IMG/VR virus record: IMGVR_UViG_3300031519_008107
Location: 29,105-93,104 of that record
Reading direction: 5' to 3' (one strand)
Origin: a virus
DNA length: 64,000 bases
The first letter of the stretch is position 1. Each line of letters opens with the position of its first letter. Below are positions 1 through 9,948 of the stretch, one piece after another. The notes below the pieces were generated by a model. It was given only the letters and a program-made list of their open reading frames with translations. It had not been told where the DNA came from and ran no database searches. Position numbers and translations under genes: made by a program.

Positions 1-1
1 G

Positions 2-364
2 CCTACATTAAAGTGTTGGCTATATATAGATAAAATCACGGAAGAAAATGGAGCTTTAAGTTTAGTACCTCAATCCAGCTTACCTGTATCCAATAGAATT
101 GCATGGGATTATGAAAGATCACTAGACCCTAATGCTAAGGATAAGTCTTTTAGACTATCAGAGTTTGGTACAGAAGAAGATGAAGAACAAGCTATTAAAG
201 ATAATGGTTTTGATGATCCTATAACTATGCAAGGGCCAGCCAATACTTTTATTGCTTTAAACACATACGGCTTTCACAAAAGAGGGAAGAGTCAACCGGG
301 AGTAGAGCGTAATAGTTTATCTCTACAATACAGACCTATGGCATTTAGCGATTATAAATCATGA
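2..364 (+). CDS. PhyH-like 2OG-Fe(II) dioxygenase, C-terminal part (5' truncated by window)
   Basis: Not in ORF track. Frame 2 is open from the window edge: KCWLYIDKITEENGALSLVPQS...GPANTFIALNTYGFHKRG...ERNSL, matching the PhyH ENG.L..VP.S motif and distal H...R. Stop overlaps the next ATG (ATGA). Confidence 0.7.
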   Translation, partial: PTLKCWLYIDKITEENGALSLVPQSSLPVSNRIAWDYERSLDPNAKDKSFRLSEFGTEEDEEQAIKDNGFDDPITMQGPANTFIALNTYGFHKRGKSQPGVERNSLSLQYRPMAFSDYKS

Positions 365-660
365 TAATATATGTAGATATAGATAATACAATATGCTCCA
401 CACCAGAGTCTGGTGAATATTGGAAAGCTACACCTTTATATGAAAGGATAGCTAAGATGAATGATTTATACAACCAAGGTAATCAGATTATATATTGGAC
501 AGCAAGAGGAACAAGAACAGGCCACGATTGGAGAAAGTTAACAGAACAACAATTAGCTAAATGGTTAGTAAAATACCATCAACTACACTTAGGTAAACCT
601 GTATATGATTTATTTATAGATGATAAAAATATAAACAGTGAGACATTTTTTAATGAGTAA
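361..660 (+). CDS. small HAD-family phosphatase (capsule-biosynthesis phosphatase-like)
   Basis: VDIDNT (DxD), TARG, GKP and FIDDK HAD motifs. Confidence 0.8.
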   Translation: MIIYVDIDNTICSTPESGEYWKATPLYERIAKMNDLYNQGNQIIYWTARGTRTGHDWRKLTEQQLAKWLVKYHQLHLGKPVYDLFIDDKNINSETFFNE

Positions 661-1621
661 AACAGCTTTAGTTCTAGGTGCTGGTGGTTTTATAGGTTCG
701 CACTTAGTTAAAAAACTTAAATCCGAAGGATACTGGGTTCGTGGAGTAGATCTTAAACATCCTGAGTTTTCTGAAACAGAAGCAGATGAATTTATTATCG
801 GTGATTTAAGAGATCTTTCTGTGGTGGATAATGCTATCACTCATCCCCAAATATTTAATGAAGTTTATCAATTAGCTGCTGATATGGGTGGTGCTGGATA
901 TATTTTTACGGGAGATAATGATTATAGTATCATGCACAACTCAGCGCAAATTAATTTAAATGTTAGTAATATGTTGATTGGTCGAGGAATACGAAATATA
1001 TTTTATAGTAGTAGTGCTTGCATGTATCCATCCTATAATCAGTTAGATCCAGATAATCCTAGATGTCATGAAGATTCTGCTTATCCTGCTAGTCCTGATA
1101 GTGAATACGGCTGGGAAAAATTATTTAGTGAAAGATTATATCTATCAGCCAAAAGGAATTATTCTGTCAATACGCATATTGCTAGATTTCATAATATTTT
1201 TGGACCAGAAGGTGCGTGGCATGGAGGTAGAGAAAAAGCACCAGCAGCATTGTGCCGTAAAGTCGCCAAAGCTAAAGACAATACATCTATAGAAGTTTGG
1301 GGAAGCGGGAAACAGACAAGATCTTTTCTGTATATTGATGAGTGTATAGAAGGTGTGCTAAAATTAACCCGGTCAAATTTCTGTGGACCTGTTAATATTG
1401 GTTCAACAGAGATGTTGAGCATCAATGACTTTGCAAAATTAATTATAGACATTTCTGGGAAAACACTTAATATAAGAAATATTCGTGGTCCGGTAGGTGT
1501 CAATGGCCGCAATTCTGATAATAGACTAATTAGAGAACAGCTTAACTGGGAGCCTTCACTACCTTTAAGAACAGGTTTAGAAAAAACATATCAATGGATA
1601 AGAAGTCAAATAAAGAATTAG
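653..1621 (+). CDS. NAD-dependent epimerase, GDP-mannose 3,5-epimerase-like
   Basis: GAGGFIG, LAADMGGAG, YSSSACMYP, YGWEK and GGREKAPAALCRK are typical of GME. ATG at 653 (MSKT) preferred over GTG 638. Confidence 0.85.
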   Translation: MSKTALVLGAGGFIGSHLVKKLKSEGYWVRGVDLKHPEFSETEADEFIIGDLRDLSVVDNAITHPQIFNEVYQLAADMGGAGYIFTGDNDYSIMHNSAQINLNVSNMLIGRGIRNIFYSSSACMYPSYNQLDPDNPRCHEDSAYPASPDSEYGWEKLFSERLYLSAKRNYSVNTHIARFHNIFGPEGAWHGGREKAPAALCRKVAKAKDNTSIEVWGSGKQTRSFLYIDECIEGVLKLTRSNFCGPVNIGSTEMLSINDFAKLIIDISGKTLNIRNIRGPVGVNGRNSDNRLIREQLNWEPSLPLRTGLEKTYQWIRSQIKN

Positions 1622-2856
1622 AACATTTTATAAAACACGTTTCTATTCCACCAGAACAAGCTCTGAAAAGTTATGTAGAACACGACTGGAATATTACAGA
1701 GCTTCAAAATTATCTTTCTACATTTAATTATAGAGAATATAAACTGCATGAACTATTAGTAAAAACTAGTCTCGCTATATGCAAATCTAAAGGTCTATTC
1801 CCATTACATAATTTTATTCGTGAAATTTATAAGGATACATATAATCTATCAGAATTTGAGTATCTAACTATTTTTGAGTATGAAATTCCTAAAGGCTTGA
1901 AAAATGTAGTTAACTCATACAGCACTAAATTTAGTGGTGGAATTGGAGATTTTTTAAGAGGCTCTATATATCTTTATGACAAACTTAAAGATAAAGATGT
2001 GAACTTTTATATTGACTTTAGGCATCATCCTATGGGTAAATATATAAAAACATCATGCGATTTGGACTATACGCCAGATAATATTATAGACTTAGAAATC
2101 GAATCGGATATTAATAAGAATGGACTGCCTTGGTCTTTACAACTTAATTCTACATTAAGAAATTTAATTAATTTTTGTCCAGATGAAACTGTTACTCTAA
2201 GCTCATTTTTCTCCGATGTTTTACTAGTCCCTAATTATCAATCTAATGCCACGGTATATCTTGAAAAGTTCTGTCCATCAGAGGCTTGTAGTAGCTTTTT
2301 CCGTGATAATATTAAATTCGACACCTCTATAGAGACACTATTTAATCTGGGCGTTAAAGCTAAGATTCCAGACGATTATGAGGTGATTCACTTTAGGCTG
2401 GGTGATATGCAAATATTAACTAATTTAAAAGAGCAAATGAAAAGCTATTCAGCATCTATACAGCAAAATAGCAATTATCGTGATTTTAATCATAGCTATG
2501 AAACATACTATCAGATCATTGTTAACCACTTAAAAACCATTGATTGTAAAAATTTGGTAGTGATGTCAGACTGCAATGAATTTAAACAATATATATTAGA
2601 ACACAATAAAGACGAGAATATTCATGTATTACATACACAGAGCTGTCATACTTCATACGCTCCATCAACATTAACTTTTACAGACTTTCAGAACGCAGAC
2701 ATTCAAGACGAAAAGTTATTATATACTGCTCTTGATATTAAGATACTTTCACAAAGCAAAAAGAATACCTCTCACAGCGTTTATGATTGGGGTTCTGGCT
2801 TTGTCTACTGGATTAGCAAAATTTTTAATATCCCTTGCAGCATACAAAAATTATGA
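1594..2856 (+). CDS. putative GT-B glycosyltransferase, fucosyltransferase/NodZ-like
   Basis: GGIGD near the domain start, VIHFRLGD (HxRxGD GDP-sugar-binding motif), VMSD, SGF. Confidence 0.6.
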   Translation: MDKKSNKELEHFIKHVSIPPEQALKSYVEHDWNITELQNYLSTFNYREYKLHELLVKTSLAICKSKGLFPLHNFIREIYKDTYNLSEFEYLTIFEYEIPKGLKNVVNSYSTKFSGGIGDFLRGSIYLYDKLKDKDVNFYIDFRHHPMGKYIKTSCDLDYTPDNIIDLEIESDINKNGLPWSLQLNSTLRNLINFCPDETVTLSSFFSDVLLVPNYQSNATVYLEKFCPSEACSSFFRDNIKFDTSIETLFNLGVKAKIPDDYEVIHFRLGDMQILTNLKEQMKSYSASIQQNSNYRDFNHSYETYYQIIVNHLKTIDCKNLVVMSDCNEFKQYILEHNKDENIHVLHTQSCHTSYAPSTLTFTDFQNADIQDEKLLYTALDIKILSQSKKNTSHSVYDWGSGFVYWISKIFNIPCSIQKL

Positions 2857-3689
2857 CAAATCTGATTTCTATCTTTGGCTCTAGTGGTTTTATAGGAGAT
2901 CAATTCGTTTACTCTTATGGAGGTTATCCTGTTGCAAGAAATGGTGATTCTCCTTTGCATGATAGCGATGTTTTATATTTAATTAGTACAAATCATAATT
3001 ACAATATTTTTGATAATCCATTTATAGACATAAAAACCAACTTAATTAAATTAGTACAAGTATTAGAACGTTTTAAGGAATTATGTCCCAACAATGTTTT
3101 TAATTTTATAAGCTCTTGGTTTGTATACGGAGATACAGAGTATCCTGCAAAAGAAGATAGTTACTGCAACCCTAAAGGCTTTTACTCAATAACTAAAAGA
3201 ACAGCGGAACAACTGATAATCTCTTACTGCAATACATTTAATTTAAATTATAGAATACTAAGACTATGTAATGTATATGGAGAGCATGCTACTAATGTTT
3301 CTAGTAAAAGAAACGCATTGCAATTTATGATAAAACAGATAATTGATAATAAAGACATTAAATTATATAATGGAGGATCTGACGTTCGTGATTTTATGCA
3401 TGTAGAAGATGTTTGCAGGGCTATAAAATTGTGTGTTGACAAAGCATCAAAAAATACAATAATAAATATCGGGAGTGGGATACCTCAAGATTTTAAATCT
3501 ATAATGGAATATACGAAGATGAAAACAAACTCTAGATCTAACTTTATTGATATTGAACCTCCTGAGTTTCATAAGATTGCACAAGTCAAAGATATGTTTT
3601 TAGATGTGAACAAATTAAAAAGTCTAGGTTTTGAACAGCAAATCTCTATACATGATGGCATAGATAGAATTTGCAAATATCATGAATAA
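2853..3689 (+). CDS. NAD-dependent epimerase/dehydratase (extended SDR)
   Basis: GSSGFIG, SSWFVYG, YSITK, RLCNVYG, RDFMHVEDV. ATG at 2853 overlaps the upstream stop. Confidence 0.85.
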   Translation: MTNLISIFGSSGFIGDQFVYSYGGYPVARNGDSPLHDSDVLYLISTNHNYNIFDNPFIDIKTNLIKLVQVLERFKELCPNNVFNFISSWFVYGDTEYPAKEDSYCNPKGFYSITKRTAEQLIISYCNTFNLNYRILRLCNVYGEHATNVSSKRNALQFMIKQIIDNKDIKLYNGGSDVRDFMHVEDVCRAIKLCVDKASKNTIINIGSGIPQDFKSIMEYTKMKTNSRSNFIDIEPPEFHKIAQVKDMFLDVNKLKSLGFEQQISIHDGIDRICKYHE

Positions 3690-4785
3690 TAATTATACAA
3701 CCTTTTCGGGTGACAATCCGTTTGCAACGCAAGCAAAAATGCTACTGCATTTAGATAAGCTACATCAGTATACTACTCACGGTGATACTGATTGTCCTAT
3801 TTTTATGGAAGTAGGTCTGACAGATAAGTGCAATATGGCCTGTTATTGGTGCATTACAGAATTAGGGAGAGATAATAAAGCTGGATTGCACATCAGTATA
3901 GATGCTCTTAAAAAGTATTTTATAGACTTTGCTAACATGGGAGGTAAAGCTGTAACATTTGCTGGTCAGGGTGAACCTACATTTTATCCTCACTTTGAAG
4001 AGGCTGTTATATCAGCCAAAAAAGCTGGTCTAGAATTAGGAATGATGACCAATGCTGTATTCAAAACTAAATACTGTCAATTGATAGCCGAAAACTTTAA
4101 CTGGATTCGTATTTCTCTTGACACCTTAGATGAACAAAAATACAAAGAATGGAAAGAGGTTGATGGTGTTAAGGTTATTAAAAGAAATATTGAAACAATG
4201 CGTGGAATGGGTGATTGTCGTATTGGTATTAATTGTAATGTTGGTCCTAATATCTCTATGCGACATGCTGAGGATTTAGTTAATTGGGTAAATGAAAGTG
4301 ATAATATATCATATTTACAATTTAGACCTATCCTTCCAAGATTTTACAAAGAAGCGGAAACAGCATATAAAGAAACTGGCACAGCAGAAATTAATATAGA
4401 AGTGTGGGATTATCTAGACCATCTGCCTAAAGAACAAATGAAAAAGATCAACCTCAGTGATGATAAACGAAGAGACTTACAAAACGGTACAGCATTTTCT
4501 TTTAGAAGTTGTGAGGGTCATTTTTTTGAACCAATATTAACAGCGGCAGGAGATGTAAAAGTTTGCACATATCATCCTGACGACCCCAAATTATCATTCG
4601 GTAATATTAATACAGATTCCTTTAAAGATATTTGGCAGTCAGAACAACGTAAAGAAGCAATAAAATATGTTAGATCTCTGAATTATAAAGAAAAATGTCA
4701 GGTGTGTTGTAAATTATGTGAACCAAATAAGTTATTGGATTTTATTAATCATCCAGAAGAAACTCAGGATAAAAATTTCTTATGA
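3682..4785 (+). CDS. radical SAM protein with SPASM/twitch domain
   Basis: CNMACYWC, GQGEP, RISLD; C-terminal C...GDVKVC...FGNI...IW...CQVCC. Confidence 0.85.
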   Translation: MNNNYTTFSGDNPFATQAKMLLHLDKLHQYTTHGDTDCPIFMEVGLTDKCNMACYWCITELGRDNKAGLHISIDALKKYFIDFANMGGKAVTFAGQGEPTFYPHFEEAVISAKKAGLELGMMTNAVFKTKYCQLIAENFNWIRISLDTLDEQKYKEWKEVDGVKVIKRNIETMRGMGDCRIGINCNVGPNISMRHAEDLVNWVNESDNISYLQFRPILPRFYKEAETAYKETGTAEINIEVWDYLDHLPKEQMKKINLSDDKRRDLQNGTAFSFRSCEGHFFEPILTAAGDVKVCTYHPDDPKLSFGNINTDSFKDIWQSEQRKEAIKYVRSLNYKEKCQVCCKLCEPNKLLDFINHPEETQDKNFL

Positions 4786-5573
4786 GTAAAACCAATAAAG
4801 TAGCTTGTTTTTACACATCGCTAAAAAATAATGAGGGGACTATGGCATTTACAGAACAATGCTATCCTATGATTGATTATTGGAAGAAAAGCTGGGAAAC
4901 AAATGGATGGGAAGCTTTTGTTTTAAGCGAAGAAGATATTGAAAAAGACGAGGATTATTTTACTCTAAAATTTGATAAGTTCGAAGAATCTAATTTATGT
5001 AAATACACTATAGACTGGGACTGTGAATATTCTAGATCATGTTATCTTAGATGGTTAGCTTATCATCAGTTTGCTAAAAAACACGGAGACATTTTTTGGT
5101 GTGATTATGATATTATTAATTATGGGTTAAGTCCATATAATAGAATTTTACCAAATCATGCGCTTATAGGCTGTAATTCAGCAGGCAGAATGGTCGATCC
5201 TTTTGGTCAAAAGATTATAAACACATTCATTGAAGTAGAAAATGAAGAATATGATTTTAAGACTTTAGCGAAAATTATTAACTTCCATGATGATCGTGTG
5301 AAAATTAGTGATATGTTTATTACACAAAATCTTGCTAAGATAAGATTGTCTAAACCACATTTAGGTCGAGTCGCTAATGAAACCATTGTAGGTTCGCAGG
5401 AGTTACCCTTCTTAATTCATTACCATAATGGCATTTACAATAAACCAAGACCAAAAGAAAAACAACTAACAGACTTTTCACCTCTGCTATTTAAACCAAA
5501 TGATGATAAGTATTCTAGATTAGAATGTATAAAAATTCTAGAAAAACAACACGGACTTGAACACTATGGATGA
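4782..5573 (+). CDS. hypothetical protein, possible GT-A glycosyltransferase
   Basis: W..SW...GW, RWLAY, CDYD (DxD); context within the glycan cluster. Confidence 0.45.
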   Translation: MSKTNKVACFYTSLKNNEGTMAFTEQCYPMIDYWKKSWETNGWEAFVLSEEDIEKDEDYFTLKFDKFEESNLCKYTIDWDCEYSRSCYLRWLAYHQFAKKHGDIFWCDYDIINYGLSPYNRILPNHALIGCNSAGRMVDPFGQKIINTFIEVENEEYDFKTLAKIINFHDDRVKISDMFITQNLAKIRLSKPHLGRVANETIVGSQELPFLIHYHNGIYNKPRPKEKQLTDFSPLLFKPNDDKYSRLECIKILEKQHGLEHYG

Positions 5574-7242
5574 TATAGAAACATTTTTAAAAAAGAACGA
5601 AGTCCCAGACAGTTTCGATGAAGCTTTCTATATGGAGCGTTATGAAAAAGTATCAAGCTATTATGAACCATATTGTTCGGAAAATGGGATTACGGATAAA
5701 CAAAGACTTTATCATCATTATATATATTACGGCCAACAGATGGGTTTTCAACCACACCCTCGTAAACAAATAAAACAATATGAAGAATTTGACGCAGAAA
5801 TATTAAATGAGCCAATATCTCTGGTTGTTGGATGCAAAGACAGAGAAAATATGTTGAGTGTTAGTTTAAGGTCTTGGATTTTACATGACATTATTAAAGA
5901 AATTATTATCGTAGATTGGGGTTCTAAAAAAAGTTTAAAACATTTAGAAAAGGTAGATCCTCGAATCAGAGTTATCCGTGTTGCTAAAAGAAAATACTAT
6001 AATGCAAGCAAGCCTATTAATATGGCTATCAAGACAGCTAAACATGACAAGATTTTAAAAATGGATGTAGATTACATTCTTAATCCTTATCTACCACTAG
6101 CTAGTTTGATAGATATAAAAAAGGGAGAGTTCGTAGCAGGTGACTGGAGACAGCGACATTTTGATAATCGTCTAGGTTTTATTCAAAATCTAAACGGTAT
6201 AATTTGCTCTCATAGAGATTTATTTATAAAAGCTGGGCTGTATAACGAAAAAATTAATAATTATGGCAGAGAAGATTGTGAGATGTTTGAACGTCTTGAA
6301 GCGGCTGGTGGTATTAGAAAACATATAGCATTTTCCAAAGATCATGTTCCTGTATATCATAATCCACACAATGTAAAAGTCAGAGGCAGAAACAGACCAA
6401 ACCCAGACGTTATATCTACAATGATGTACTTTGAAAAGAAGTTTGGAACTAAAAACTTTGAATTAATAATAAATGTTTATAGAGACAAAGATCCCAAGAG
6501 ACGAAAAGAAATACTTGATTGCTTAAAACAGAACTTAAAAAATAAATACATAGAACATGTTCATATATTTCTTGAGGATTATGGATCTGGAATCTGGACA
6601 CAGAAAAAATTTCCAGAATTTTATAGAATTTTAAACAAATATAAAAACAAGATTACTGTCATAAATGTGGACAAGCGTGTATCTTTTAGAAGAATTTTTG
6701 ATTACTGTAACGAGAACATATCTAATAAACAATGTATAGTAGCTAATAATGATATATTGTTCACGAATGATTTGGGTAAGATAAGAGGGGTTAAACCTCA
6801 TGACTTTATAGCTCTAACCAGACATGAAGGTGATAAGCTAATCAAAAACACTAATAGAGAAGCATTTTGTTCACAAGACGCTTGGATTTTCACTAGTCCA
6901 ATGGTTGACGATTTAGAAGATATTAAAGACGACACGCTGATTGGCACATTCTTTTCAGATCATATTATAAACTATATGCTGTATCGTGGTCATCAATATA
7001 ATGCTTGGAATATATGTAAAGATATAAAAATTATACATATGCACGAACATGGTACGCCTGACCATAAGAAGTATACAAAGCGTGAAGGAGAAGCAATAAA
7101 AAATGAATACTGCAATAAATATGGAGATGATGAGTTCTTGCAAATGTTAGTGGCGACAGAAATAGAAGACTACTATCAATCTGAAAAATCTAATTACTTT
7201 ATTACATGGCCTGATTTTGAATTAAATGATTATAAGTACTGA
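5557..7242 (+). CDS. multidomain glycosyltransferase (GT2/GT7-like plus a second GT-like domain)
   Basis: N-terminal FDE.FY...HY..YG module; VDWGS, MDVD, YGRED; C-terminal domain with NNDI and SQDAWIF. Confidence 0.75.
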   Translation: MNTMDDIETFLKKNEVPDSFDEAFYMERYEKVSSYYEPYCSENGITDKQRLYHHYIYYGQQMGFQPHPRKQIKQYEEFDAEILNEPISLVVGCKDRENMLSVSLRSWILHDIIKEIIIVDWGSKKSLKHLEKVDPRIRVIRVAKRKYYNASKPINMAIKTAKHDKILKMDVDYILNPYLPLASLIDIKKGEFVAGDWRQRHFDNRLGFIQNLNGIICSHRDLFIKAGLYNEKINNYGREDCEMFERLEAAGGIRKHIAFSKDHVPVYHNPHNVKVRGRNRPNPDVISTMMYFEKKFGTKNFELIINVYRDKDPKRRKEILDCLKQNLKNKYIEHVHIFLEDYGSGIWTQKKFPEFYRILNKYKNKITVINVDKRVSFRRIFDYCNENISNKQCIVANNDILFTNDLGKIRGVKPHDFIALTRHEGDKLIKNTNREAFCSQDAWIFTSPMVDDLEDIKDDTLIGTFFSDHIINYMLYRGHQYNAWNICKDIKIIHMHEHGTPDHKKYTKREGEAIKNEYCNKYGDDEFLQMLVATEIEDYYQSEKSNYFITWPDFELNDYKY

Positions 7243-7912
7243 CCATAAAATTATATATCTTTCTAACTGTAAGTGCGCCAGTAGTTGCATTAGACAAAGA
7301 TTTATGCCTATTAATAATAAAAAACTTGTGGAGAAAGTTCAAAATTGCGGACTAGGCAATCCACATATGCCATATTCCAAAGTTTTAAAAGCTTTAGAAC
7401 AGGAAAATATAGATACTGATGGATTCTTTCTTTTCTCAACTATCAGAAATCCTTGGGAAAGGATAGTAAGTTTATATAAATACGCCAAACCTGATAAAAA
7501 CGGTGTGCCTTTTTGGAGTACAAAATTTGGAGTCGAACGTATTGAGGGTACAGAATGTAATTTTGAAGATTTTGTGCTACATGGTTTATACTTCAATTAC
7601 AATAGAACTGCTGGCTCATTTGTTTTTGCTTGTAGAAATGTACAAGATATGTTTGGTGAAGACTATAGTAAATTTAAATTATATAAAAGTGAAGAACTAG
7701 ATATAAACAAAATCATGGATGATATAAATGATCCTAGTCTTGAGAATAAAGTAGACAGAGCAGAGTTAAAAATTGTAGACTCTAATCAATGGCATGTTAC
7801 TAAACCAAAACGAGACAGCGAAAATTATAGAGAATATTATAATGATGATCTGCGAGACATAATAGCAAATCACTACAAGCTAGACATAGAGATAGGAGAA
7901 TATAAGTTTTGA
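7226..7912 (+). CDS. carbohydrate sulfotransferase (Sulfotransfer_2 family)
   Basis: 5'PSB-like KCASS, 3'PB RNPWERIVSLY, C-terminal Y..YY...I...Y..DI...Y.F. Confidence 0.75.
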   Translation: MIISTDHKIIYLSNCKCASSCIRQRFMPINNKKLVEKVQNCGLGNPHMPYSKVLKALEQENIDTDGFFLFSTIRNPWERIVSLYKYAKPDKNGVPFWSTKFGVERIEGTECNFEDFVLHGLYFNYNRTAGSFVFACRNVQDMFGEDYSKFKLYKSEELDINKIMDDINDPSLENKVDRAELKIVDSNQWHVTKPKRDSENYREYYNDDLRDIIANHYKLDIEIGEYKF

Positions 7913-8580
7913 TAGTATCACACTCTAATAAATTTATATATATAAAAGGAGTAAAAGTTGCTAGCACTTCTACGGAAATATTCTTTGAACAATTTTGTAA
8001 CGAAAAAGACATAATAGGATACAGAGGTAAACACCCTATTCCAGATGGTTGTGAGTGGTACAATCACATGAACCCTCAACAAATAAAGGAAAAACTAAAC
8101 AATGACCATGTATGGAAAGAATATTTTAAATTCGGCTGCATTAGAAATCCTTGGGATAGGGTTGTGTCTGAGTACTTTTGGTTAAAAGAAAAACTTAAGT
8201 ATGATCCGTACTGGTATAAAAGAACAGACAAATGGAAACTGGAAGTTGAGATGCTTGTAAAATTACCATTTGAAGATTATTGTACACAACGGACAATAAG
8301 ACAGAGTTTTTTCTGTTTAAGTCTATATAAGTTCTATCGATTAGATAAATATCATATAGATTTTTTTATAAGATTTGAACACCTATATGACGACATACAG
8401 ATTGCTTGCGATAAGCTTTCGTTAAATTGTGATATATCAACACTACTACACCAACAAAAATCAAACCATAAACACTATACAGAATATTATACAGATGAGA
8501 CAAGAAACCAAATAGCCAAAACGTATAAAGACGATATAGACTTTTTTAATTATAAATTCGGTGACTACACCTATGATTAG
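7909..8580 (+). CDS. carbohydrate sulfotransferase (Sulfotransfer_2 family), paralogue
   Basis: KVASTS, RNPWDRVVSEY, IRFEHL, HYTEYY...Y.DDI..F.Y.F. Confidence 0.8.
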   Translation: MIVSHSNKFIYIKGVKVASTSTEIFFEQFCNEKDIIGYRGKHPIPDGCEWYNHMNPQQIKEKLNNDHVWKEYFKFGCIRNPWDRVVSEYFWLKEKLKYDPYWYKRTDKWKLEVEMLVKLPFEDYCTQRTIRQSFFCLSLYKFYRLDKYHIDFFIRFEHLYDDIQIACDKLSLNCDISTLLHQQKSNHKHYTEYYTDETRNQIAKTYKDDIDFFNYKFGDYTYD

Positions 8581-9358
8581 TGCATGGTATTGGAATAACG
8601 ATTTAGATTATCTAAACTTTGGAGAACATATAAATTGGTTGTTGTTAGATTATTTTAATATTGATTGGCAACCATTAATACTTAGAGATACAAAAACACA
8701 CACTAAAGATTGTATCCTTATAGTCGGTTCTGAATTACACAAGTCTGCAATATCTCAGTTAAGCAAATGTGTTGACAACATACACGTTTGGGGTCAAGGA
8801 AAAGGTCATGGTGAGTGCTTTGATTATAAAAATTACAACATTATACCCCATTTAGTTAGAGGTGAATTAACTAGAGATGAATTAAATTTACCTCAAGATA
8901 CTCCTATAGGAGATCCGGGATTCGCCTTGCCTGCAATACAACAAATTGCTGATCATCCTAACGATAAAATATTGTACGTCCCGCACCATACACATAGACA
9001 AAATCTAAAACCTAAACGCAGACATCTAAAGTATGATGAATATGTAGATATTATATTTCACAAAAATCAATTTATACCAACTTTATATAAAATTGTAAAT
9101 AGTAGATTTGTTATCACTACATCATTGCATGTATCTATAGTTTGCATGGCTTATGGTACTCCGTTTATGATTTATTTAAGACATGATGAAGGAATGAATT
9201 TTCCAAATAAATGGAAAGATGTATACGATTCTCTTGACATAAATCTCAAAGCGTGCTACAATATACAAGACGGCATGAAGTGGTGGCAAACAAATGTTCA
9301 AAATGCTACTATCCCAAATCCTAGTAACATATTAAAAACATTTCCTCATGAACTCTAA
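8561..9358 (+). CDS. polysaccharide pyruvyl transferase family protein
   Basis: NFGE, VWGQG, VRG..T, GDPG, YVPH, TSLH...AYG.P. Confidence 0.75.
   Translation: MTTPMISAWYWNNDLDYLNFGEHINWLLLDYFNIDWQPLILRDTKTHTKDCILIVGSELHKSAISQLSKCVDNIHVWGQGKGHGECFDYKNYNIIPHLVRGELTRDELNLPQDTPIGDPGFALPAIQQIADHPNDKILYVPHHTHRQNLKPKRRHLKYDEYVDIIFHKNQFIPTLYKIVNSRFVITTSLHVSIVCMAYGTPFMIYLRHDEGMNFPNKWKDVYDSLDINLKACYNIQDGMKWWQTNVQNATIPNPSNILKTFPHEL
9234..9262 (+). promoter_or_regulatory. sigma70-type promoter inside the pyruvyltransferase CDS, upstream of dCMP deaminase
   Basis: TTGACA-17 nt-TACAAT with extended -10 TGn. Confidence 0.65.
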
Positions 9359-9815
9359 AACAAGACCAAGTTGGACAGACTATTTTTTAGGAATTGCAAA
9401 AGTTGCATCTCAACGCAGCCATGATATTCATACTAAACATGGTTGTGTAATTACAGATCGTAATCATAGAATTTTAGGCGTTGGTTATAATGGCTTCCCT
9501 AGAGGTATGGATGACACAAAATTACCGACATCTCGTCCAGAAAAATATTGTTGGATAATCCATGCCGAAAGAAATGCTTTGTCTAATTGCGTGGTGCGTC
9601 CAGACGATGGTGTGGCGTATGTCACTGGACAATGTTGCAATGATTGTATCAAAGCTCTTTGGCAAGAGGGTATCACCGAAGTGCATATGATTGACGGACA
9701 TGGTACACAATTATTTGATAATGCTGAGAAAAAACATTTTGACTTGTTTGTAAAGTCTACTAATATAGGTATATTCTATGAAACACCCGATCTGTCATGG
9801 ATAAGTAACATTTGA
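9348..9815 (+). CDS. dCMP deaminase
   Basis: GYNG.P.G, HAERNA, CCNDC zinc motifs. Confidence 0.9.
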   Translation: MNSKTRPSWTDYFLGIAKVASQRSHDIHTKHGCVITDRNHRILGVGYNGFPRGMDDTKLPTSRPEKYCWIIHAERNALSNCVVRPDDGVAYVTGQCCNDCIKALWQEGITEVHMIDGHGTQLFDNAEKKHFDLFVKSTNIGIFYETPDLSWISNI

Positions 9816-9828
9816 TAATTAGGTAATG

Positions 9829-9840
9829 GGTGTATATAAC
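9829..9840 (+). promoter_or_regulatory. GTGTA-type putative phage promoter motif
   Basis: GGTGTATATAAC; the same core occurs in the other long intergenic gaps. Confidence 0.5.
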
Positions 9841-9843
9841 AAC

Positions 9844-9948
9844 ATGCAAACACAACAGAAGACAGTTATTGCTATGGCAACACCTGCGAAAAACACACTC
9901 TCAATACTAATTGATCAACTCTCTGATCAATTTTTTCTTTTTAAATAA
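9844..9948 (+). CDS. possible 34-aa leader peptide upstream of nrdJ
   Basis: ATG 9844 to TAA 9948, MQTQQKTVIAMATPAKNTLSILIDQLSDQFFLFK; no Shine-Dalgarno. Confidence 0.25.
   Translation: MQTQQKTVIAMATPAKNTLSILIDQLSDQFFLFK
9909..9942 (+). terminator. AT-rich hairpin plus U-tract (possible terminator/attenuator)
   Basis: AATTGATCA-ACTCTC-TGATCAATT followed by TTTTCTTTTT. Confidence 0.4.
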
